Shown: one piece after another, positions 19,394 through 28,617 of the stretch | Numbering within the stretch: the stretch's first letter is position 1 | Layout of the letters: each line of letters opens with the position of its first letter | Made by a program: the position numbers and the translations under genes | Notes under the pieces: generated by a model | Seen by the model: only the letters and a program-made list of their open reading frames with translations | Databases searched by the model: none | Told to the model about the DNA's origin: nothing | DNA from: Methanobacterium sp. | GTDB taxonomy: Archaea > Methanobacteriota > Methanobacteria > Methanobacteriales > Methanobacteriaceae | Assembly: GCA_003166335.1 (NCBI GenBank) | Contig: PMWA01000110.1 | Coordinates: forward strand, 12,830-45,055 | Direction: 5' to 3' | DNA length: 32,226 bases

Positions 19394-19831
19394 TTATATG
19401 CTCAAAAAATTTTGATCGCCATTTAATTGTTTACAATTACTCTGATCTCTGATGTAATCATCTTCGTCATAGAGTTCAGATGCTAAAACCAAGCATACCG
19501 ATCCTGAAGAAAAATTTTCAAGTTCACGCCAAATCATTTTAGGTATGTAAAGACCATAATAGGATCTATTCATATGATAACTCTCCTTATTATTGCCATC
19601 ATCTAATATAACATCAAAACTTCCATTAGCAGCAATAATAAACTGTTCTAAAGTTTTATGGGCATGACCACCTCTACTTTCCCCTCCAGGAACGTCGTAA
19701 AGATAATAAACTCTTTTTATCGGGAAGGGTATATGTTCATTCTCTTCAATGAATGTCAGGTTTCCCTTTACATTTTCGACTTTAGGAAGGTAAATGAGTT
19801 TACATTTTGATATTTGCGGTGCATTGAACAT
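19394..19831 (-). CDS. FdtA/QdtA-family cupin, dTDP-6-deoxy-4-ketohexose 3,4-ketoisomerase
   Basis: GNLTFIE, PFPIKRVYYLYDVP, RGGHAHK, GLYIPKMIWRE, VCLVLAS..YDEDDYIR. Confidence 0.92.
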   Translation of the reverse strand: MFNAPQISKCKLIYLPKVENVKGNLTFIEENEHIPFPIKRVYYLYDVPGGESRGGHAHKTLEQFIIAANGSFDVILDDGNNKESYHMNRSYYGLYIPKMIWRELENFSSGSVCLVLASELYDEDDYIRDQSNCKQLNGDQNFLSI

Positions 19832-20079
19832 TATAAAGACCTTTATTCGAGTTCATAAATTCATGTTTTATTCTATTATTTTGTCGTCACAAAAAGGTTG
19901 TACTTTAACATAAAATCACTTTTTCACAAAATATGTTAGATGAAAATAGATCATTATTTAGTGTAGTATTATAAAATTATATGATTGGGAATATGTATGG
20001 AATAGAATAATAATAATTATCCATTGCATATTAACTTATTAATAAAAATTGAACAAGGTTGAATTAGGGGGGTGTACAT

Positions 20080-20667
20080 ATGAAATCAAAATCTGAAAAT
20101 AAAATGAATAGAGTAACAATATCAATTCCTAAAGATCTAGATTTAAATTTCCGCCAGAAAGCTGCTTTAAAATTTTCCTTTAGAAGAGGCTGGTATGGAA
20201 AAGCAATATTAGAGGCCATAGAGCTTTGGATTACTCAACAAACAAAAAAATTTGAGGATATTCCTGATGAAACTAGTAATTATCTTTGGAACAGAGTCAA
20301 AAGAAAAATAAATGCTGATACAGATGATCCGCAGCAAATGGTAGAATCCATTGTTGATCATTTCAAGAATTTAAAGTATGCTGAAAATATAAGATATGAA
20401 ATGAATAATAATAAAATTATAATTAAAAAAGAAAATCCATTCGAATCTTACATTCCATACTTAATAACACGAGAAAATGATTCTATTTATTTAAACTGTC
20501 CAGTAAAAGCTATTGCTGGTGCAGCTCTAAAAGAGTTAACCGGAGAAGATTATTACATAACTTCTAATGAAAATTCTTTAATATATGCTTATAACGAATC
20601 TAAATTTCTAGATAAAGAACTTCTACATGAAAAGACGTCCGCAGTTCATTCGTCTCAATCTTTATGA
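20080..20667 (+). CDS. Ribbon-helix-helix DNA-binding protein with a C-terminal putative sensor domain
   Basis: GGGGGGTG RBS. RVTISIPKDLDLNFRQKA...GWYGKAILEAIELWI follows the archaeal RHH pattern; C-terminal domain contains CPVKAIAGAALKELTG. Confidence 0.75.
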   Translation: MKSKSENKMNRVTISIPKDLDLNFRQKAALKFSFRRGWYGKAILEAIELWITQQTKKFEDIPDETSNYLWNRVKRKINADTDDPQQMVESIVDHFKNLKYAENIRYEMNNNKIIIKKENPFESYIPYLITRENDSIYLNCPVKAIAGAALKELTGEDYYITSNENSLIYAYNESKFLDKELLHEKTSAVHSSQSL

Positions 20668-21652
20668 AACCACTTATCTGTTCTAATAATTCGTAGGCCA
20701 ATTTTAAAGGTATATTATTCTCGTATTCGGTCCAAATAACCATTTTAGGTCCATCATCAACTACCTTGATGGTTATTTTACCTTTATTGGAATCAAATCT
20801 AATGAACGTTCTAATTTTTTCATGTCCCAATGAACTTAATCTATAAGCAATTATATCATTTACAACAAGACCACAGAGCATTAACATGTCTAAGGTCATT
20901 GGAGCTGAGCCTTCAAATTCTAATTCAGCTAATTTGTTATTTATTCGGAAAACTTCGGAGTATAAGATCTCTACATATTCTCTGAAATCAACGTATTCCA
21001 CATCTTCATAACTTGATAGTTTTTCATGAATATATTGAATAATGATCATATTCAGTTTATTCTGGGTTTCATTTAGTTTGCGGTCTATTTCTTCATCAAT
21101 TTGTAAAAGATTAATCGTCGTATATAAAATATTCAAAAGTCTATTGTTAAACTCCTGAGAAATTACTCTTTTTCCCTTAATTAATTTAATTAAATCTTTT
21201 TCAGTTTTTTTAAACTTAGTAATATCTAAAATAGATGTGAACGAAGCCAATATATCCCCTGATTTACTATATACTGGTGAAGAGTTAATTAGTACCACTT
21301 TTTCTTCATTAGTTTTTGTATTCTTTGTCATTAGTTCCAAATCTTCAGTATTTTCACCTTTAAATGATTTTATGGGGGGAAAATCTTCATAAGCTAATTT
21401 TTCACCATTGGCTTTATATAAGTTAAGACTATGGATATCCTCCATTTTCACCCTATTTAGCCTCTTCCCTGACATATCCAATTTAATATTCTTGAAGATT
21501 TTCAATAGTTCCTTATTCACAAAAAATTTGCATAAATCAAATCTATTCAAAATAATAACTCCACATGGAACTGCATTTAAGAAAATTTCTAGTAGTTGGT
21601 GTTCTAATAAGATGTTTTTATCAAATTTAATTTCGTTTAAATTATTAATCAT
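20600..21652 (-). CDS. PAS domain plus degenerate HisKA_2/HATPase histidine-kinase-like protein (probable pseudokinase)
   Basis: PAS/PAC: AVPCGVII...FVNK, VLINSSPVYSKSGDI...DITKFKKTE. Kinase core: QEFNNRLLN (cf. EIHHRVKNN), IHEKL, DFREY, CGLVVNDIIAY, VVDDGPK, IPLKLAYELLEQISG. Confidence 0.85.
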   Translation of the reverse strand: MINNLNEIKFDKNILLEHQLLEIFLNAVPCGVIILNRFDLCKFFVNKELLKIFKNIKLDMSGKRLNRVKMEDIHSLNLYKANGEKLAYEDFPPIKSFKGENTEDLELMTKNTKTNEEKVVLINSSPVYSKSGDILASFTSILDITKFKKTEKDLIKLIKGKRVISQEFNNRLLNILYTTINLLQIDEEIDRKLNETQNKLNMIIIQYIHEKLSSYEDVEYVDFREYVEILYSEVFRINNKLAELEFEGSAPMTLDMLMLCGLVVNDIIAYRLSSLGHEKIRTFIRFDSNKGKITIKVVDDGPKMVIWTEYENNIPLKLAYELLEQISGFIKIETNELRTSFHVEVLYLEI

Positions 21653-21820
21653 GTTTCCAATAACTTCTCCAGAATTTTTTAAATGACAGATTGAAAAAAA
21701 TTACAAGATTTTCTGTGAAACTATGAAAATTCTAAATTATCAATGTATAAATCTTCATTTAATATCATTATACGTCAAATTCAGAACTATCTCTATCAAT
21801 TCTTCCTTTATATATCCTCT

Positions 21821-21913
21821 ATTTAACAGTTTACTCTTTTTACATTAAGCATAGAATCATCATTCTGCTTTAACACTTTAAACATTACTGATGACTTAAC
21901 AGTTTATTAAATT
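21821..21913 (-). repeat. Copy A of a duplicated ~90-bp upstream regulatory element
   Basis: Three TTAACAsTTTA cores (TTAAC at 21823, 21870, 21896) and ATTAAGCATAGAATCATC; minus-strand TATATAAA at 21808-21815; matches copy B at +552 bp. Confidence 0.75.
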
Positions 21914-22064
21914 AAATTAAACGATGAGAAATTTTATTGAAGTCAATTTGTCAAGAACCTTGCATTTAAATTGAATAATATGATAAACTAAAATAATAAT
22001 GGCTCAAGAAAAATTCATTTTTAGAATTAATTAATAAAAATTAAAAAAAATATTATATTTTTTT

Positions 22065-22202
22065 TTATTGTTCAACAGGTATTAATTCATCATCCATGTA
22101 TCTATTTGCATACCATAGGAAGCAATCTAGGCATAATATTTTACCTTCCCAATTATACTTCTTTGGATAGCAATAGTCACCACATACATCACAATCGCTC
22201 AT
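22065..22202 (-). CDS. Zinc-finger microprotein, 45 aa, CxxC...CxxC (not in the ORF track)
   Basis: AGGGGT RBS; MSDCDVCGDYCYPKKYNWEGKILCLDCFLWYANRYMDDELIPVEQ*. Confidence 0.8.
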   Translation of the reverse strand: MSDCDVCGDYCYPKKYNWEGKILCLDCFLWYANRYMDDELIPVEQ

Positions 22203-22372
22203 TGTTTTACCCCTAAAATTAAAGTCCTAAAATATATGGTTTAAGAAGCCTCTTTTTATTAATATATAATTTCAGGAACTTGAACAAGGATTATTAATTC
22301 ACTTAGTATTTTTTTAAATTCCTTAATACTTAATAAAGAACTTCTGTCGATACCTTTTTTTATCCATTCTTT

Positions 22373-22464
22373 CTTTAACGCTTTACTTTTTTCATATTAA
22401 GCATAAAATCATCTATTCGCTTTAACATTTTAACATCACAGGATCTTTAACACTTTATTTGAAT
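22373..22464 (-). repeat. Copy B of the duplicated ~90-bp upstream regulatory element
   Basis: TTAAC cores at 22375, 22422, 22447 (spacing 47/25 versus 47/26 in copy A); ATTAAGCATAAAATCATC. Confidence 0.75.
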
Positions 22465-22846
22465 TATTATTTTTCAATGCGTGAGAGTAATTCATTTTTT
22501 TTCCATTCTAATTTGGCCAAAAATCCATTTAAACATTTTGTTAAAAAAAAGGTTTTATAAAATTTGCAATATGAATTATTGAATGAATATTCTCATCCTT
22601 TTTCTAAAAAAAAGTAATATAATTTCATGAAATATTTTTTTTTAAAATAATTTAAAATAGAATTTTTTTTTTAAATTAGTTTATTTCAAATTATAATAGT
22701 AATAAAGTGTTTAAATCATATAATTTTTTATATAAAATAAAAATAAATGTTTAAATGAGTAAATTCGAATTTTAATGTGAAAGATAATATAATAACAATT
22801 ATCTATGAATTCATATAGTATGATTTTTAGATTCTATATAAAGTTT

Positions 22847-22945
22847 TTAAAATCACAATAGCACTTATAAGTACGTGATGAAATGTTCTTAAGATTTTTA
22901 GTGATAAATGCTTAAATTCACATTAGCAGATATATCTTTGTGATG
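22847..22945 (+). repeat. Two 34-bp direct repeats with internal palindromes upstream of the GT operon
   Basis: TTAAAATCACAATAGCACTTATAAGTACGTGATG (22847-22880) and TTAAATTCACATTAGCAGATATATCTTTGTGATG (22912-22945), 26/34 identical. Confidence 0.6.
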
Positions 22946-23023
22946 TTTAGCACAGTATAATGGTTTTATGATATTAGTATTAAAACTTATCCCTATTTGA
23001 ATATACTTTTTTGCGGGGATAAT

Positions 23024-23857
23024 GTGGTTATAGAAAAAACAGATGAAATCACGTCATTTGAAGATTTACATCATTTAAATGATGTGAAAAGATATCAGCA
23101 AACAAATAAGAATAACATTATTGTAAATCGATTTTTTGACAAAGATTACACTTATTCAATGAAAAATGTCACTTTTCTGCTGCCTGCTTATAATGAAGAA
23201 CGATCAATTGGAACCATGCTGCAGCAAGTTAGTGAATACCCTAAATCCAAAGTTATAGTGGTGGACAATAACTCAAACGATAAAACTGCAGAGATTGCCA
23301 AAAAAAGAGGTGTTATTGTCCTTCAAGAGCATAAACAAGGGAAAGCTCATGCTATAAAAAGGGGTTTTGAACATATTAAAACCAATTTCGTAGTGATGTT
23401 AGACGCAGATAATACTTATGATCCCCAGGATGCTAAGAAACTTTTAAAACCATTGATGGAAGACAAAGCTGATGTAGTTTTAGGGTCACGAATCCTTGGC
23501 AAACGAGAAAAAGGATCAATCAGTCATTTTAACCTATTCGGTAATTACTTATTAAGCTTTTTTGCTAGTTTACTTTTCTCTAACGTATCTGATGTATGCA
23601 CTGGTTATTGGGCATTCAAAAAGAATGTAATAGACCAATTTCTACAGGAAGGAATAAATTCTGATGGCTTTGATTTGGAGGTGGAGATGTTCTCTAAGAT
23701 TTCCAAAAATAAGTTCAGAGTTATAGAAATCCCTATTTTATATAAAAAACGTTCAGATTCTCCCAAATTAAATTCAGTCAATGATGGCATCAAAATATTA
23801 AAGAAAATGTTAATTTACTGGCTAACCGGTTTAAAAAAAGGAGATATAAAAAATTGA
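23024..23857 (+). CDS. GT2 glycosyltransferase, DPM1-like
   Basis: LLPAYNEE, VDNNSND, QGKAHA, DADNTYDP, GSR, SDVCTGY. Start uncertain: GTG 23024 follows GGGGA; alternatives are TTG 22997 or ATG 23159. Confidence 0.88.
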   Translation: MVIEKTDEITSFEDLHHLNDVKRYQQTNKNNIIVNRFFDKDYTYSMKNVTFLLPAYNEERSIGTMLQQVSEYPKSKVIVVDNNSNDKTAEIAKKRGVIVLQEHKQGKAHAIKRGFEHIKTNFVVMLDADNTYDPQDAKKLLKPLMEDKADVVLGSRILGKREKGSISHFNLFGNYLLSFFASLLFSNVSDVCTGYWAFKKNVIDQFLQEGINSDGFDLEVEMFSKISKNKFRVIEIPILYKKRSDSPKLNSVNDGIKILKKMLIYWLTGLKKGDIKN

Positions 23858-25122
23858 AAATTGCTATTTTAGGCTGCAGGGGCATACCTGCCAAGTACGG
23901 TGGTTTTGAAACCTTTGCTCAAGGATTAACCGAAAATTTAGTTGAAGAAGGTTACGAAGTTACGGTTAGTTGTGAATATGAAGCAACTGACTTGCGGGAT
24001 GATAGTTATAAAGGTGCAAAATTAGAATATTTCCCTATCAAACCGCCGAATAATTATTTTTTAAGGAAATTTTATGAAAATCTTGCAGATATTTATTTCT
24101 TGATAAAATTAAGCAGAGGTAATAATCTAATCTACTTCCTTGGAATAGAAGTGGGTATGTTCTTTTTCATTCCTAAGATTCTTAACAGGAATTCGAAGAT
24201 TCTTGTAAATGTTGACGGTGTAATGTGGAGAAGGAGTAAATTCAATCTACTGGAGAGATGGCTTCTTAAAATAAACCATGATCTGGGTATTAGATTTGCG
24301 GATAAAGTAATCATTGACTCTGAAGAGATGAAAAACTATGTGCATGATAAATATTGGGATAAAACGGTCTATATTTCCTATGGGATTAGCAATCCAGACA
24401 TAATACTCTGGAATAATCGTTATCAGGAGCAGCTTAAAAAAATTGCTTCTATAGATGTAACTCCTGGACATTATTATTTAGTTGTGGCACGGTTGGAGCC
24501 TGAAAATAATATTCATGCCATAATTGAGGGATTTTCCCATGCTAAACTTAATATTCCGCTTTTGATTGTGGGGGATTTCACCTGTGAACGATATAAGGAG
24601 GAGATTAACTCTTTAGTTAAGAATTGCCCTCCTCCAGGTGTATTTTTCCTTGGGTCCATCTATGATCAGGAATTCTTAAATATGCTTAGGCAGAATTGTA
24701 CTGCTTATATTCATGGTCATTCGGTTGGTGGAACTAACCCTTCTCTTTTAGAGGCCGCAACTTCTCGTAATATAATTATAGCCCATGATAACCAGTTCAA
24801 TCGTGAAGTATGTGGAATATCTGCTGTTTATTTTAAAAATATCAACGAACTTACAAGCGATCTTAATTTAGTTTACAGGTATCCTGAAAATTATCATAAT
24901 CTTAAAGAGGATGCTTATCGTCGGGTGTTAAATGGTTATTCCTGGGAACGGATTACTGAAAATTATGTTTCTCTTCTAAAACAATTGCATCATGGAGAAG
25001 ATAAAGAATTCATTAAGAATCTGGAGAATGAGAAGAGAAAGCATATTTTTCAGGAGTTCGCTAAGCATTACACTACTAATAAAAATTCCACTTATAAAAG
25101 GGATAATTGGGGTAAGGAGTAA
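23854..25122 (+). CDS. GT4 glycosyltransferase with DUF1972-like N-terminus
   Basis: MKIAILGCRGIPAKYGGFETF, VARLEPENN, YIHGHSVGGTNPSLLEA; TTG start overlapping the upstream stop. Confidence 0.92.
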   Translation: MKIAILGCRGIPAKYGGFETFAQGLTENLVEEGYEVTVSCEYEATDLRDDSYKGAKLEYFPIKPPNNYFLRKFYENLADIYFLIKLSRGNNLIYFLGIEVGMFFFIPKILNRNSKILVNVDGVMWRRSKFNLLERWLLKINHDLGIRFADKVIIDSEEMKNYVHDKYWDKTVYISYGISNPDIILWNNRYQEQLKKIASIDVTPGHYYLVVARLEPENNIHAIIEGFSHAKLNIPLLIVGDFTCERYKEEINSLVKNCPPPGVFFLGSIYDQEFLNMLRQNCTAYIHGHSVGGTNPSLLEAATSRNIIIAHDNQFNREVCGISAVYFKNINELTSDLNLVYRYPENYHNLKEDAYRRVLNGYSWERITENYVSLLKQLHHGEDKEFIKNLENEKRKHIFQEFAKHYTTNKNSTYKRDNWGKE

Positions 25123-25128
25123 TAGTAG

Positions 25129-26247
25129 ATGGAAAGAAGGAAAAATAAAATTTTAATGGTAATATCTTATCCCGACACTCGTTTGAAAAAAGAATTGGAG
25201 AGTTTTAATAAAAATGGTTATGATGTTAGTCTTATTATTTGGGAGAGGAGTTGGCCATTCCCAATTGATAATGATATTGAAGTTAAACGGTTTAAAGTAA
25301 ATGTTCCGGTGGGTCATATTAAAAACTTGTTTTATTTTCCTTTTTGGTGGATATTTCTCCTATTCTGGTTATTAAAGATGAATTGGGATGTTTTACATTC
25401 AGTTAATTTTGATACATTTTTCTTTTCAATTATTGTTGCTAAAATAAAAGAAAAACCTGTTGTGTATGATATATTTGATTTTTATGGTGATATGATGGAC
25501 GGATTTTTAAGACCCGTCATTTCGAACGTAGATAAATTTATAATGAAATTTGCTGATGTGATTATAATTGCTGATGATTCTAGAATTACTCAGATAGATA
25601 AAAATCTTGGAAATGATATTATAACGGTTAATAACAGTCCGGAAGAGAGTCTATTCCAGATTGAAAATAAAATTAGCGATGGTAGTGAATTTAGAATATT
25701 TTTGGGCGGTAAAATAAACAAGGACAGAGGTACGGATCTGATAATTTCAGCGATAAAAGATATGAAGGATGTTCAGTTAATCGTGAAAGGATTTTGTAGT
25801 GAAGAGAAGTATAAAAATAAATTATTAGCTATGATTAATGATATGAAAAATGTTAATATGGATTTAAATGGCGTTCCGTATAATGAAATAACTCAAAATA
25901 TGCTTAAAGCTGATTTAACCATAGCATTATATGATCCAAGTATTCCGAATAACAAATATGCTAGTCCAAACAAGCTTTTTGAATCTATGGCTTCAGGAAT
26001 CCCTATAATTGTTAATGATGACACTCCAATGGCCAATATTGTGAAGGAGGAGAATTGTGGTTTGATAGTGCCTTTTGAAAACAATAATGCTTTGAGAGAG
26101 GCTATTTTTCGTATAAAGGATGATCAGGCTTTACAACAAAAACTGGGTAATAATGGTAGGAACGCATATGCAAATAAGTATAATTGGAAGATAATGGAAC
26201 AACGATTGATGGGCATTTATGATCAATTCGTGGAGTTGAAAACGTAA
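25129..26247 (+). CDS. GT4 glycosyltransferase
   Basis: PDTRLKKE, VVYDIFD, ASPNKLFESMASGIPII, ENCGLIV. Confidence 0.9.
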   Translation: MERRKNKILMVISYPDTRLKKELESFNKNGYDVSLIIWERSWPFPIDNDIEVKRFKVNVPVGHIKNLFYFPFWWIFLLFWLLKMNWDVLHSVNFDTFFFSIIVAKIKEKPVVYDIFDFYGDMMDGFLRPVISNVDKFIMKFADVIIIADDSRITQIDKNLGNDIITVNNSPEESLFQIENKISDGSEFRIFLGGKINKDRGTDLIISAIKDMKDVQLIVKGFCSEEKYKNKLLAMINDMKNVNMDLNGVPYNEITQNMLKADLTIALYDPSIPNNKYASPNKLFESMASGIPIIVNDDTPMANIVKEENCGLIVPFENNNALREAIFRIKDDQALQQKLGNNGRNAYANKYNWKIMEQRLMGIYDQFVELKT

Positions 26248-28572
26248 ATGCAGATCTATAACCCTTTATTTATGAAAGATTGGAAGATTAAAGATTTAAT
26301 TTTATTAATCATAACTATTCAGATAATTTACTTTTTACTTATTTTTTTTGATAATATAGGTATACACATTCCCATCATCGTAGAAGTAACAGGATTTTTT
26401 ATAGTGTTATTCATCCCCGGCACTCTTATGCTCCGTCTTTTAAATTTGGATATTAAAAGTTATGGACAGATTTTATTATACACAGTTGGAATGAGTGTAT
26501 TCTTTCTAATGTTAATAGGATTTTTGATGAACACTTTATATCCGTTGATGGGTTTTAACAAACCATTATCATCGGAATCGATTATTGTAACTATTACCAT
26601 TTTCATCTTCAGTTTCAGCCTCATATGTTATTTGGTGGATAAATTCAGAAACCAGCAGCAGATTTTAAAGGACACATCATTGCCGAATAAGCATTTTGTA
26701 AGACAAGTTGATCTTGGTAATTTACAATCAACAGCTCCTCTGGTAATTCTAGTTTTAATACCGATTTTAAGTATTTTAGGGGCTTATACGATGAATCTAT
26801 ACCAGTCAAATGTTTTAACTATGGTAATGATTCTTTTAATTGGTTTAGTTGCTTTGATTATAAGTACGGGGAGGTTTTTTTCCACAAGATTATATCCATT
26901 AATTGTTTTTAGTATTTCAATTGCCATTCTATTACACATGTCTTTAATTACCAATTACATCTGGGGTTGGGATATAAATTCTGAGTATTTCTTAGCTAAT
27001 CAAGTAGCTTTGAACTCTTTTTGGAACGTGAGTCTTTCCTCTAATTATAATTCCATGTTAAGTGTGGTGATCCTAGCACCTATCCTATCCAGTTATATTA
27101 GAATGAATTTAGTGTGGATATTGAAAATTGTTTATCCTATTCTATTCTCTATGGTGCCACTGGGCTTGTATTATGTTTATTCTAAACAAACTGGTCCTAA
27201 GATAGCTTTTTACGCGACATTCTTTTTTATGTTACTTTTTACTTTTTATACTGAAATGTTAAGTTTGGCGAGGCAACAAGTGGCTGAGTTGTTTTTGGTA
27301 TTATTATTAATGGTACTTATTAGTGATAATTTAAATAAAACAAAAAAATCGTTTCTAGCGGTTATATTTGGTTTGTCCATAGTTATATCCCATTACGGAT
27401 TAACATATGTAATGATGATTATTCTGCTTTTAAGTGGAATAATTCTCTACCTAATTGATAAAAATTTATTTAAATGGTCACCTAAAATTTTCAAATTAAA
27501 TACTATAATCGGAGTTACACATTTCTTTTCTGGATCTAATTCTAGTATTGAACGGGTTAATATTGCTGAAGAACCTTTAGAATCTTTAATTGCAGATAAA
27601 ATAAAGAAGTATCAACTAATTAAACATGACAGATTAGTAATCAACCCATTCTTTATAGCATTATTTATCCTTAGTATTCTAGTATGGTACTTCTACACAT
27701 CAAACTCATCAATTCTTCAAAGTATTATGGGTATTGGTCAAAGTATAATTAGTAACCTTTACAGCTTCATGGATCCGAACACTAGTCAGGGCTTGAGTTT
27801 AGTAATTCAGGGACAAAACACACTTCTAAATAACATACATAAATATTTTTACTTAATTAGTCAGTTTTTCATCTCCATTGGTATTCTCGCTCTCTTTATT
27901 GGGAAAGATGGAATGAAATTTAATGATGAATACAAAGCACTTAGCATAGCTACTTTCATTGTACTAATTATTGGATTATTTTTACCTTTCTTCTCCAGTC
28001 AAATGAATACTAGCAGATTGTATCATATTGCTCTTATCATTTTAGCCCCATTCTGCATAATAGGGATTATAAAAATTATTCATAAGTTTAAAACGTTATC
28101 TAGATTTAATTTACATAAAAATCATTATTTCCATTTCATATCCATTTTTTTAATGATATTCCTATTTTTTGACTCTGGTTTAATCTCTGAGGTAATTATT
28201 CCAAGTCAATGTACATCCATTGCTCTTAACCCCTCATATGATTTCCCTAAATTCGATCAAGAAGAAGTTACAGCTGGTAATTGGCTTGTTAATGATTACA
28301 ATGATAATTATACTGTTTACGCTGATCAGTATAGGGTTAGTGTTCTACGCAGCATGATACCTTCAGCCTTGCAGATTCCATATTCCTACAACAACAATAA
28401 TAAAAAATCCTACGTATTCATGGGAACCTGGAATGTAGAGAAAAATCAGATTTTAGTTGAGCAGATGATCGGATCCAACGTTGTGACAAGTGAACTATAT
28501 GTATCTACTCAGGAAATTCTCTCAAATAGATCAAAAATCTATGATAATGGAGGAGCAAGCATTTACACATAA
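26248..28572 (+). CDS. DUF2206-like polytopic membrane protein (possible GT-C-type glycan polymerase or transferase)
   Basis: 774 aa with many TM segments; WGWDINSEY, ARQQVAELF, SHYG, RLYHIAL and terminal KIYDNGG motifs; located inside the GT operon. Confidence 0.78.
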   Translation: MQIYNPLFMKDWKIKDLILLIITIQIIYFLLIFFDNIGIHIPIIVEVTGFFIVLFIPGTLMLRLLNLDIKSYGQILLYTVGMSVFFLMLIGFLMNTLYPLMGFNKPLSSESIIVTITIFIFSFSLICYLVDKFRNQQQILKDTSLPNKHFVRQVDLGNLQSTAPLVILVLIPILSILGAYTMNLYQSNVLTMVMILLIGLVALIISTGRFFSTRLYPLIVFSISIAILLHMSLITNYIWGWDINSEYFLANQVALNSFWNVSLSSNYNSMLSVVILAPILSSYIRMNLVWILKIVYPILFSMVPLGLYYVYSKQTGPKIAFYATFFFMLLFTFYTEMLSLARQQVAELFLVLLLMVLISDNLNKTKKSFLAVIFGLSIVISHYGLTYVMMIILLLSGIILYLIDKNLFKWSPKIFKLNTIIGVTHFFSGSNSSIERVNIAEEPLESLIADKIKKYQLIKHDRLVINPFFIALFILSILVWYFYTSNSSILQSIMGIGQSIISNLYSFMDPNTSQGLSLVIQGQNTLLNNIHKYFYLISQFFISIGILALFIGKDGMKFNDEYKALSIATFIVLIIGLFLPFFSSQMNTSRLYHIALIILAPFCIIGIIKIIHKFKTLSRFNLHKNHYFHFISIFLMIFLFFDSGLISEVIIPSQCTSIALNPSYDFPKFDQEEVTAGNWLVNDYNDNYTVYADQYRVSVLRSMIPSALQIPYSYNNNNKKSYVFMGTWNVEKNQILVEQMIGSNVVTSELYVSTQEILSNRSKIYDNGGASIYT

Positions 28573-28617
28573 AAAACTCATAAAATATGATGATTTTAGT
28601 TAAAGGAAGGTTTCATT

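Noticed and set aside
19886..19940. TCACAAAA repeats and CTTTAACATAAAATCAC upstream of fdtA resembling the 21.8-22.9 kb motifs
   Set aside because: Too short and AT-rich to distinguish from chance by eye.
22874..22930. C/D box sRNA (GTGATGA box C-like, GTGATAA C'-like)
   Set aside because: No CTGA D or D' boxes at suitable spacing.
21821..22945. CRISPR array or MITE interpretation of the repeats
   Set aside because: Only two degenerate copies of each, no regular repeat-spacer period, no cas genes, and no terminal inverted repeats or target-site duplications seen.
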